A stretch of 64,000 bases of DNA from a virus (lineage: Duplodnaviria; Caudoviricetes). Made by a program: the position numbers and the translations under genes. Positions within the stretch are counted from its first letter, which is position 1. Each line of letters opens with the position of its first letter. Shown one piece after another: positions 18,015 through 27,003 of this stretch. The stretch lies in the IMG/VR virus record IMGVR_UViG_3300025012_000029, positions 137,145-201,144 of that record; one strand, given 5' to 3'. The notes under the pieces were generated by a model. The model saw only the letters and a program-made list of their open reading frames with translations. It was not told the DNA's origin and ran no database searches.

Positions 18015-19685
18015 TTATTCAACACTGTCAAAGTATTCTTTAAAGGTATTATAATTTGACTCTCCTATAACATCTTTAAATTCATGGAAAACATCACGTT
18101 CTTCGCGCCTTCGACGAAGCATTTTGTCTGGATCGGAACTTGTGCTTAATCCGTCTGGATTATAATAATAAAGTCCCAATATTTTATTAACCTTCTTAAA
18201 AAGAGAACCAGCTCTAACAGCTCGCAACCATAACTCCCAATCTCCAGCGTGTTTGAGTTTTTCATCCCATAGTCCCGCTTTATCGTGAATAGATTTACGA
18301 TATAGAGGTAGGGGTCCGGGAAGACATTTGATCATATTTTCTCTGGAAAAATCCATTCGAGAGTGTTCATACAATCTTCCTTTTGAAGAATTTTGTTCAA
18401 CTGTTTCATTAGGTTTTGTCGTTTGAAGACAATCCCCATATACCAAATCGATTTCTGGATTCAACATTAAGTGTTTTGCTAGTGTTTCTAAATGATCGTT
18501 CGCCATCCTATCATCAGCCAACACACATGCTATAAATTCCCCGGACGCAAGTTTCGTTGCTTCATTAAATGCTTCCATTGGAGTTATTTGGGTGTTTTTT
18601 CTAATATATTTAATATTGTCTGTATGCACTTGTATATATTTCGAAATTATTGAGACTTCATCATCTGGAGAATTGGCATCGATAATGATTAATTCAGAAT
18701 CGTCTGATATTGTTTGTGCTACAAACGAATCCATAAAACCTTTAATATGTTCCTTTGCTTTATAGATTGTCGTAATAACTGAAACTTTGGGAAGTTTTAC
18801 TGAATTAAATTTTTCCACTTCTTTATCTTTGATTACTTTCTCAAACAAATCAATTGTTTTTTCTTTTCTTCCGGCAATATATTCTAATAACTCTTCGCCC
18901 TTTAATTTGAAAAAATCTTCTGATGCGCATCCTAAAGCTTTGTTTGTTATTAATTTACAACCTAGAATTCTAGCTTCAATCGCGACCCTACAAAATGTTT
19001 CAATCCATGTAGGAAAAAACACCAACGTTTCTGTTTTGGCAAGTTCATCAAAAAATCTATCTTGATCACAAAATGGAATTAATTCATAATTTATTTTATT
19101 CTTTTTACAATATTGTATTGCTTCGGGCATGCCTTTATTTTTATTATTGGATTGGATAATACCAACTTTTCTATTCTTCTTTTTTCCAATATTGTTGCGA
19201 AGGACTTCAACTGCTTCATCAGACCATATATTACATCCAATATTGACAATATTTTTGAGAAGAAGATTTTTCTCCATTATTTCAGCATGCATCTTGCTTT
19301 GACAAAAAACTGCTTTCGCTGATTTAAAAAATTGTTTATTCTGTATTTGATCTTCAGGAACAACAAGATTTGGAAATAATGCTGGGTTATTTGATTTGAA
19401 TGCCTTCCAATCATTTTCAACTATCAAATAATTTATTTTTTCATTAATCAGTGTTTGTTTACTATCTTCTGGTAATAGCATAAAATTTGATATTATCCAA
19501 AAACAATCTTTATTGTCTTTTAGCAAGTTAGAAGTACATTCAACACTTTTAAGTTTTTCTAATTCGAATCCACGTTTCTGCAGAGACTTTATTTGTTCTT
19601 CTGCGCACAACTCGGCACCGCCACAGATTTCATTAGCAAAATAGTCAGCAACATAAACAACTTTTTTAGTATTAATCATACGCAA
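18015..19685 (-). CDS. Two-domain glycosyltransferase (GT-B-like N-terminal plus GT2 C-terminal)
   Basis: ETFCRVAIEAR (Ex7E-like); VSVITTIY, ADDRM, GDWELWLR. Confidence 0.85.
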   Translation of the reverse strand: MRMINTKKVVYVADYFANEICGGAELCAEEQIKSLQKRGFELEKLKSVECTSNLLKDNKDCFWIISNFMLLPEDSKQTLINEKINYLIVENDWKAFKSNNPALFPNLVVPEDQIQNKQFFKSAKAVFCQSKMHAEIMEKNLLLKNIVNIGCNIWSDEAVEVLRNNIGKKKNRKVGIIQSNNKNKGMPEAIQYCKKNKINYELIPFCDQDRFFDELAKTETLVFFPTWIETFCRVAIEARILGCKLITNKALGCASEDFFKLKGEELLEYIAGRKEKTIDLFEKVIKDKEVEKFNSVKLPKVSVITTIYKAKEHIKGFMDSFVAQTISDDSELIIIDANSPDDEVSIISKYIQVHTDNIKYIRKNTQITPMEAFNEATKLASGEFIACVLADDRMANDHLETLAKHLMLNPEIDLVYGDCLQTTKPNETVEQNSSKGRLYEHSRMDFSRENMIKCLPGPLPLYRKSIHDKAGLWDEKLKHAGDWELWLRAVRAGSLFKKVNKILGLYYYNPDGLSTSSDPDKMLRRRREERDVFHEFKDVIGESNYNTFKEYFDSVE

Positions 19686-22182
19686 TAACTTCTTTCAATA
19701 AGGGATTAACTTCTTTTTCTTCTTTCAGAAAATCCGCAATATCTACAATTGGATAATATTCATCTACACAATCGGCGAAATGTGTCAACATCTTATCGGA
19801 ATCAAATTTGTCTAACACATATTCTTGAAGTTTGTTTGCTCGCGATTTACAAGAACCATAATTTTTGTAAACTTCCCTCATTTGTTGTTTAGCATCAATT
19901 TCTCTAGGAAAGCACCATTGTGCATCAGGAATAATTATTCCATCCCAAACTGCTTCTGGTTGAACATTTTTAATATCGTACGCTACGTTAGAAATCATAC
20001 ATGTATTTTTGATTTTATTCTTTTTCTTATCTTTTATTGGCATATAAATAAAATCATTTTGTCCACTCCATGCGGGGGCAACTATCGGCAATCCATTATA
20101 TGCTGATTCAAACATTGGAAGACAGTTGTGCACCATAAAATTTTCAGTACAATAAGTTTCGTCTTCTTCAACAGAAAGGTTGAATACTTTACCAGCGTGC
20201 TGAAATTTAGTAATATTTTTTATTCTCAGCAAAAAACAATCTTCTTTTTCTTTAGTTCTTCCAGATTGTTTTTCATTAAACGAATCTGCCAACTGCAGTG
20301 TGTCGTATATTACAGTATTAGAAGTATGTTTATTTAACATGGTTACAAATTTATTAATACTTTCTTTTTTTCCAATAACTAACGAATGAATTTCACTCTT
20401 GTAATTCCATTTTTCTTTAATAATTCCTTCTCGGGTGCACATTTTATAGGAACATAATATTCCTTGTTCTAATAATAATATTCTAATTTGTCTCAATAAT
20501 GTTTTATTGACAAGTTGTACCTCTATAGATGGATTCTTGTAATTTTTAGTATTAATATATCCATCTCCTTCAAATAAAGCAGTAATCATTCCCTCTTTAA
20601 ATTCATTAGGAAACGAGAAAACGCAATCACTAATAACTTTATTTTTTGATTTATTTCCCAATAAAGATTTGAAAAATAAAGCCACAATTTTATTGTGAAA
20701 TACAATAACAGAACATTTTTTATTTTTTCTTTTTTCTATCCTAAAATGTTCTATCCCGAATATATCTTTCATGCAATTGATAATTTCTTTTCCAAAAGAA
20801 TCAATTTCTTTATCATGAAGAGAAAAAGCAATAATTCTATCATCAGATACACATCCTTCGGCTAAAAACCATCCACACAATCTACCAAATTTTTTATCAA
20901 TATTGATATTATTTTTTATTTTTAGGCCAAGTTTATTTGAATGCATATAAAAAATATCTTCATCGTTTAGTACTAAATTTTTTTCATTTTTTACGTGTTC
21001 AAATATATCAATATTGTTAATGATATTTTCTTTTTTTGACATTTTTGGCAAAACCAAATAGTCATTTTGTTTTAATTCATCGCTTCTTTTCCACAAGAAT
21101 TCTTTATTTTTATTATCATAAATGTAAACATTGTGATTCGGCGTTAAAACAATTGGTTCCATAGGTACTGCACAATATGGAACAATTTTAATCATCTCGC
21201 CAGAATATTCACGAGACATAGGAGTTATAACTTTTCGATATCGATTTCTATGAGTCAATACTAAATCTCCAGATTTAATATCGATCAATTTCTTAAGTCC
21301 TTTGTCTGTAATAATTGGAGTATAGTCCAATCCGCAGAAACCTTCTCCGTGCGTTAAACTAATGAAAGCTTTAATTTTTGGATGTCTATAAAGAAAAGTC
21401 ATTTCTTCCTCTCTTAAATCTCCATGTAAAAGATGTATAGCACATTTTCGTTCTTTTCCATTAAATTGAGATAAAACATCATTAACTCTATTTTGAGTCA
21501 TTTCTCTATCCATTAATGATTGATTAACGGAATTGACTTTCAATATTAATCCAACTTCTTTATTCATAAACTCTTCAACGAACCATTTAATTGTATTTTC
21601 AACATTCTTTCGTGGTCCCCATTGAGCTACAGTTAGAAAATTAAAATCATACTTAAAATCAACATTAATTGGTTTTGGTTCTACAATTCTAACCGGATAA
21701 GGAACAACTTCCATTGGCATCTCAAGTTTGGCAACAAATTGTCTTCCTGTAACATTATCTGTCGCTGGAAACTGCGCATTGGTAAAACCAAATTTAGAAT
21801 GATTAGATGTTAATAGAATTTTGTTTACATTGAAACATCCCTGAAACCATTGAGGTGAAATTTTAGTTGTTTCAATTCCAGCAGTATATCCAATATTAAT
21901 TGGAGCCATTTTTTTCCACTCATTTGGGATACAAACTTGTAATGATATATCAAACTGTCCACCTTGTTGTTGATAAACAAGAGTTTTTTGAAGAATTTGA
22001 TCAATCCAGCGGCGCTCTTCTGTATCTTCCCATGTCCAACTTGTTCTACCCCAAGGGGTATTAATGAGATATATGTCAAATCGTTCTGGAAACTTTCGAA
22101 GAGCGGAAAGAGCAAAACGACTCTGAACACCATAACCGCTTTGGCTCAAAAAAGGTCCCCTCATTATGATTTTTTTAGTCAT
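19672..22182 (-). CDS. GT-B (GT4-like) glycosyltransferase precursor containing an intein
   Basis: SGYGVQSR, NFLTVAQWGPRKN, HGEGF|intein|CLPMFESAY. Confidence 0.88.
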   Translation of the reverse strand: MTKKIIMRGPFLSQSGYGVQSRFALSALRKFPERFDIYLINTPWGRTSWTWEDTEERRWIDQILQKTLVYQQQGGQFDISLQVCIPNEWKKMAPINIGYTAGIETTKISPQWFQGCFNVNKILLTSNHSKFGFTNAQFPATDNVTGRQFVAKLEMPMEVVPYPVRIVEPKPINVDFKYDFNFLTVAQWGPRKNVENTIKWFVEEFMNKEVGLILKVNSVNQSLMDREMTQNRVNDVLSQFNGKERKCAIHLLHGDLREEEMTFLYRHPKIKAFISLTHGEGFCGLDYTPIITDKGLKKLIDIKSGDLVLTHRNRYRKVITPMSREYSGEMIKIVPYCAVPMEPIVLTPNHNVYIYDNKNKEFLWKRSDELKQNDYLVLPKMSKKENIINNIDIFEHVKNEKNLVLNDEDIFYMHSNKLGLKIKNNINIDKKFGRLCGWFLAEGCVSDDRIIAFSLHDKEIDSFGKEIINCMKDIFGIEHFRIEKRKNKKCSVIVFHNKIVALFFKSLLGNKSKNKVISDCVFSFPNEFKEGMITALFEGDGYINTKNYKNPSIEVQLVNKTLLRQIRILLLEQGILCSYKMCTREGIIKEKWNYKSEIHSLVIGKKESINKFVTMLNKHTSNTVIYDTLQLADSFNEKQSGRTKEKEDCFLLRIKNITKFQHAGKVFNLSVEEDETYCTENFMVHNCLPMFESAYNGLPIVAPAWSGQNDFIYMPIKDKKKNKIKNTCMISNVAYDIKNVQPEAVWDGIIIPDAQWCFPREIDAKQQMREVYKNYGSCKSRANKLQEYVLDKFDSDKMLTHFADCVDEYYPIVDIADFLKEEKEVNPLLKEVIAYD
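20125..21336 (-). mobile_element. Class 1 intein (404 aa) with LAGLIDADG endonuclease
   Basis: C1 (CGLDYTPII), LTPNH block B, WFLAEG and LFEGDG LAGLIDADG motifs, VFNLSVE block F, MVHN|C. Confidence 0.92.
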
Positions 22183-22190
22183 TGTGCTTC

Positions 22191-22511
22191 CTATAATATA
22201 TTTTTAATTTTTATTTCATTAGTTTTTGGATCGCATACACGCGAAGATAAAGATACATTATCTATATGCCTAGGATATAATAATCTTTTTTTTAGTGCGA
22301 CTTCTTTTAGTTTTTGTCCACGAAGTGAATTTTTAAAAAAACTTTTTATACTGTTATTAAAACATTCTTTATTATCAAAACAAATATTATGTGGTGAAAA
22401 CTTAATTGACTTTTTTTCCACCCGGCGTCGCAAAGTATATAATAATCTCTCAATTAGAAAAAACATATACTCCATCGTTTTCAATAAATTATAAATAATA
22501 TTTTTCACCAT
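22191..22511 (-). CDS. Hypothetical protein
   Basis: ORF fills the gap between two GTs; no motif. Confidence 0.35.
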   Translation of the reverse strand: MVKNIIYNLLKTMEYMFFLIERLLYTLRRRVEKKSIKFSPHNICFDNKECFNNSIKSFFKNSLRGQKLKEVALKKRLLYPRHIDNVSLSSRVCDPKTNEIKIKNIL

Positions 22512-22530
22512 ATTTACCCCTTACACTTTT

Positions 22531-24115
22531 TTATAAAGTTCTCAATTCCCACGCTCTGTAACATTTTCTATTTTCCCAACTACCATGCTTTTCGTGAACA
22601 TGAGTTAAAACTTCATCCCAACGCTTGTTGAATGATTCAAAATTATAATTTTTGATAACATGTTCTCTTCCCTTTTTACCCATCAATATGCGTTCTTCTT
22701 TTGTCATATTATAAAACATAACCATTGCCTTGAGAAAATCCGGTTTTGAAATTCTGTCCTCAAAAATATATGGCACTGTTTGTGATCCAATTACAACGCT
22801 TGACGCCGGAATTATTCCAATTCCATGTTCACATATTTTTATTTTATCAGATATCTCATTATTTCTTTTTTCGACAAATTCACAAGACATTTGAATATTT
22901 GTCATATCCATTACTTGTTCTTGTAAACCACCTGTCATACTGACTATAATTGGAGTTTCACAAGCAAGGCTTTCAAAAACAGAAAGTCCAAAACCCTCTG
23001 CATCCGAAATTGATAGAGTAGCATCCGCCATATTATAAATTCCTGCCATATTTTCTGATGTTAATTTATCTTTAGATATAAAAACACTTTGCTCTTTATC
23101 TAAACCAAGTTCTTTAATTATGGCATATAAATCTTGTCCATTTTCATCTTTTGGCTCAGTGTGCATAAGCAGCATTGCTTTATCGTGCCCTATAATGTCT
23201 AAAAATTCTTTAAACCACCAAATAAGAGTTCCACTTTGCTTTCTTCTAGCATTTCTGCTATTCCAGAAAAACAACATTTTATCTGTAGCATTGGGAAAAT
23301 TCTCTCTTCTTAAAGAAATGATTTTGTCATCTGGTAATTTAGTAAAAACGGATGTATTCACAGAATGCGGAAAATATGTTTCTTCTACGTTTGGAGAAAC
23401 AGTCTTTACAATGTCTGATGTAAGTTTTGAAATGGTAGCAATGAAATCTGTTGAATCATATAATACTTTATTGAAGCTTGGATATGGGTAATTATCCCAA
23501 ACGTGGTAATAAACCATCGGTACCAAGGAACGTATTTCGTGTTCAATTTCCCAAAGCCAAATATAGAATCTTGGATCGGTCATAAACCAAAGAATATCAG
23601 GTCTATGATTTCTAACGACTGAACGAACAATTTCTTGATTGGCATACCCATCAACTGGATAAATGATCCAATCATCTCCAAATTCATGGAATTTAACAAT
23701 GCGTCGATCACTGTGAACTAATGCGCCACCTAAAGTAATAATCTGATATTTTCCTGTTTTAAGGAGTGCTTCACACATGTATTTAGTTTGCGATCCAACC
23801 CCAGACGGGCTTACGATTATTGGACTATATCACCATGTTACAAAAACATGTCGGGCGCTGTCGGATCATTACCATGTTGCTATAGCAATTTAGGCTAACC
23901 GTAGTCTCTGAACCTTCTCCACCGTTTCCAGACAGGAGCTTGGCTGCTGATTGTTCAATTACATTATTTTTTTTCTTTCGCGCATGTCGTTTCCAACTAC
24001 GCTGTAGAACAATGTTTTTAAGAATTTTCCAGCAATTCACCCGATTTTACATCCGCTAAACCTTGTCAGTCGACGGATGATCGGAAATTGTTAGTATTTT
24101 AATCTTTTTTGTCAC
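22531..24115 (-). CDS. GT-B (GT4-like) glycosyltransferase split by a group I intron; exons 24115-24073 and 23813-22531, 441 aa spliced
   Basis: Splicing gives MTKKIKILTISDHP-LSPSGVGSQTKYMCEALL; FFWNSRNARRKQ and AEGFGLSVFES motifs. Confidence 0.9.
23814..24072 (-). ncRNA. Group I intron, 259 nt, no internal endonuclease ORF
   Basis: P GGGTGAATTGCTGGAA, Q AATCAGCAGCC, R GGTTCAGAGACTA, S GATATAGTCCA; P1 CAUCCGU/GCGGAUG with U.G at the splice site; P10 GGUUUA/UAAGCC; terminal G. Confidence 0.93.
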
Positions 24116-24971
24116 TTATTTCTTTCCTTAACCTTTCTAAAACTAATTTTTTATTTTCGTTAAAATCTTTTTCCCAAATAATATAAACTTTATATCCTAA
24201 TCCTTTTAAAAAGTTTAACCTTTTTTCATCCTTTTCCCATATTTCATTGGCATACATGTTCTTTTTTTTGTTGAAATATTTTTTATCATAATCTCTAGGG
24301 TCGCAGTGCCAATAACCACCGTTAAATTCAACAATTATAGAATGCTTTTTGCTAAAAACGTCAGCATAAAATCCAGAAATGTATTGTTCAGCTTTAAACC
24401 CAAATTCTTTAAGTTCTTTTTGTAAAAAATCTAAGATTTCTTTGTTTGGCTTACTCTGAGCATGACGCTTAGAAAGTTCATAAGCGTTATTAACGCCATG
24501 ATTTTTTTGTAAAGTATTTTTTTGTTTCAACTTTTGTTCATTTGTAAGTTTTTTACCAAACATTGGATTATTTTCACCAAAAAATAAATTAGACATATAT
24601 TTTTGATGACAAATTTTATTACCACACAACTTCTTGTTTTCTACTTCAGAAGGTTTTGCGTAAAATGGTTTATCACATATAATACAATTTTTGTATATTC
24701 CTTTTTTATCATTAGCTCGATAACGCCATTTATTATACGCACCATTTTCTATGTAAAATTTCGAAGCGCAACTGTTGCTACAAAATCCACCACCCTTCCT
24801 ATACCTTATAACCTCTTTTTGACATTCTTTACAATTAAAAATTGATAAATGTTGTAATCGATTTTTTTTAGTTCTGTCGTTATTGTGTCTCACGCGACAT
24901 TCTTTTGAACATGTTTTGGACGCCCACGTTCCTTCAAACTCATTCTCACATATAATGCACTTCCTCAACAT
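24099..24971 (-). CDS. Free-standing Vsr/DUF559-like endonuclease with Zn-finger repeats and a NUMOD3-like motif
   Basis: Three CxxC...CxxxC units, GENNPMFGKK, FYADVF...IVEFNGGYWH...LGYKVYIIWE. Confidence 0.8.
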   Translation of the reverse strand: MLRKCIICENEFEGTWASKTCSKECRVRHNNDRTKKNRLQHLSIFNCKECQKEVIRYRKGGGFCSNSCASKFYIENGAYNKWRYRANDKKGIYKNCIICDKPFYAKPSEVENKKLCGNKICHQKYMSNLFFGENNPMFGKKLTNEQKLKQKNTLQKNHGVNNAYELSKRHAQSKPNKEILDFLQKELKEFGFKAEQYISGFYADVFSKKHSIIVEFNGGYWHCDPRDYDKKYFNKKKNMYANEIWEKDEKRLNFLKGLGYKVYIIWEKDFNENKKLVLERLRKEISDKKD

Positions 24972-24995
24972 AGCCTAAACTTTATTTTTTATTCT

Positions 24996-25787
24996 TCACG
25001 GACAGAATTCTGTTTTTAAAAACGGACAATATTTACATGATAATCTATTCTTTGGAAACTTTTCATTGTCAACATTGTATACCATGGTATTTAAAAGTTT
25101 AAGAGCATTGTCTATTTTTTTCTTTCCTATTTTTGTCTCGAATATTTCAATATTATCTTTCTTGGCAGTGCGTTTAATTAATCCAAAATGAGTTTTGATT
25201 TTATTTAATTCTATGTCTTCTTGCTGAGAAAGAAAATGTTTATAATATGTAAGCTGATATGTTGTCATCTTGTCATTTCTTTTTTTAGCATCCCAACCCC
25301 AGCTTGTTGTTTTCCAGTCTAGTATATGAATTGTATCATCTGATGGTGTATGAATAACAACATCTAAAATACCTTTGAATTCAAAATTCTTTTTCATATA
25401 ACTTATAATTGGTTCTATTATTTTACTTTCTGTAGAAATAATCACAAAACCAGGAAACTGTTTATGAAGTTCCTCAATTGACTTTTTGCAAAGGGATGGT
25501 CCAACTTCCATCATTTCCTTAGCTAATTTTTTGAGACTTTTATCAGAGAAAATATTTTGTTTAATATTTCCAGAAAGTTCTTTAAGAGATCTCTTAAAGT
25601 TTGTTTTAAACACATTTTCTATATCTGAGATATTATCTACAAGAATTGATTGGTTAGTGGCATGAACGGCATTGCCAAAAGCTGTATGTATGCTGCCTTT
25701 ATCATGAGGAATTTTATCTATATATTTTAGCTTAAAATAAAAAGGACATTTTGACCAATCAGATAAAGAAGAATAAGAAATATACAT
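24996..25787 (-). CDS. PD-(D/E)XK nuclease (RecB/Cas4-like exonuclease)
   Basis: SYSSLSDWSKCP, GNAVH, KGILDVV, ILDWKT, QLTYY, CKYCPF...C. Confidence 0.85.
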   Translation of the reverse strand: MYISYSSLSDWSKCPFYFKLKYIDKIPHDKGSIHTAFGNAVHATNQSILVDNISDIENVFKTNFKRSLKELSGNIKQNIFSDKSLKKLAKEMMEVGPSLCKKSIEELHKQFPGFVIISTESKIIEPIISYMKKNFEFKGILDVVIHTPSDDTIHILDWKTTSWGWDAKKRNDKMTTYQLTYYKHFLSQQEDIELNKIKTHFGLIKRTAKKDNIEIFETKIGKKKIDNALKLLNTMVYNVDNEKFPKNRLSCKYCPFLKTEFCP

Positions 25788-26215
25788 TAAACACTCGATT
25801 CAGGATCTCCCTTTCCTTCGTCTATCTCTATAATAGAAGATAATTTCCTAGCGCGCTTTCGTTTTTGGGAGTCTTCCTTCAAAGGTACATCGGATGTAAT
25901 ATCGATGTCAAGAATTGAATTAGTTTCTTTTTCAATCTGTTTTAAATGATTAGTTTCTTGATTCATTAATTGAAAAATCCATGTGCCATGTAAAGTATCG
26001 TCACCTGTATTTGTAACGACTGATGATTTAACACATTGTGTAATGTTCAGATTTTTTTCTTCAATGAGAAATCTAGTAATATCTTTGGTTGTGATTCTAA
26101 CCTCTTTTTCTTTATCTTGAATCGGATCGACTGTCACATCTATACTTATAAGATTTTTATCTTTAAGATTCATTATTAAAATGCCACTCACATTTTGTCC
26201 ATTAATCTTTTCCAT
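25787..26215 (-). CDS. Hypothetical protein
   Basis: ORF in operon. Confidence 0.55.
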   Translation of the reverse strand: MEKINGQNVSGILIMNLKDKNLISIDVTVDPIQDKEKEVRITTKDITRFLIEEKNLNITQCVKSSVVTNTGDDTLHGTWIFQLMNQETNHLKQIEKETNSILDIDITSDVPLKEDSQKRKRARKLSSIIEIDEGKGDPESSV

Positions 26216-26224
26216 ATATTACCT

Positions 26225-26920
26225 CTAATTCATTTTAATAATTTTGTCAAGTTCTTTTATTTTATTAAATAGAATTGGACAAATCTGCTGAAGATATTTT
26301 CTATCTCCTATTGTATAAAAATATTCAAATCCATTAGCATAATATTCACTTAATGATGTTGCTGAATATGGAGAAGTGAATAATCCTACAATCATAGGTC
26401 CCAAGATGGTATATCCAACATCTCTATATAGAAATTTATCTAGTTCTATAGAATATTCAGAATTTGAAAGAAACTCTTTTCCTGGAAAATTGTAACCACT
26501 ATTTTTAAGTGTGAAAAGAAGTTTTTTCTTTTTCGCATAGAATTCTAATTCTAATTCTCCATCTCCATATATGTCCATCCCATAATCCGTTTCTAATGAA
26601 TGTCCTATTTCATGAATTATGTCTTTTATTATTATAGTTTCAGTAATATCTTGATCATTATTAAAACCAGAAACATATATACAGCCATCAGAATATAGTG
26701 ATTGTATTTGTCTTCCTTTTAAGAAGTTAAAATTACCAAAATATATTTCCTCTATATTATAAAAAAACTTTTTGCTAATTAAAGTTCTCTCTATCTGTCT
26801 TAATATCTTATTAAGATCTATATTAGGTGATATAGTACCAATTACTGTTACAGGTATTCTATTAAAAATAATCATTCTCTTAGATTCTTTTAATTTATTT
26901 CTAATAGAATTAATATTCAT
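26225..26920 (-). CDS. HExxH zinc-metallopeptidase-like protein
   Basis: IIHEIGHSLE plus SEYYANGFE. Confidence 0.7.
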   Translation of the reverse strand: MNINSIRNKLKESKRMIIFNRIPVTVIGTISPNIDLNKILRQIERTLISKKFFYNIEEIYFGNFNFLKGRQIQSLYSDGCIYVSGFNNDQDITETIIIKDIIHEIGHSLETDYGMDIYGDGELELEFYAKKKKLLFTLKNSGYNFPGKEFLSNSEYSIELDKFLYRDVGYTILGPMIVGLFTSPYSATSLSEYYANGFEYFYTIGDRKYLQQICPILFNKIKELDKIIKMN

Positions 26921-27003
26921 GAGTCATCACATTAATTTAGCTAAATTAGTAATTTAAATATCACACTTTTAGACACTTTTCAAGTTTTTTCAGAATATAT
27001 TTT

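Noticed and set aside
23825-24040. 71-aa minus-strand ORF
   Set aside because: Lies wholly within the group I intron core and has no endonuclease motif
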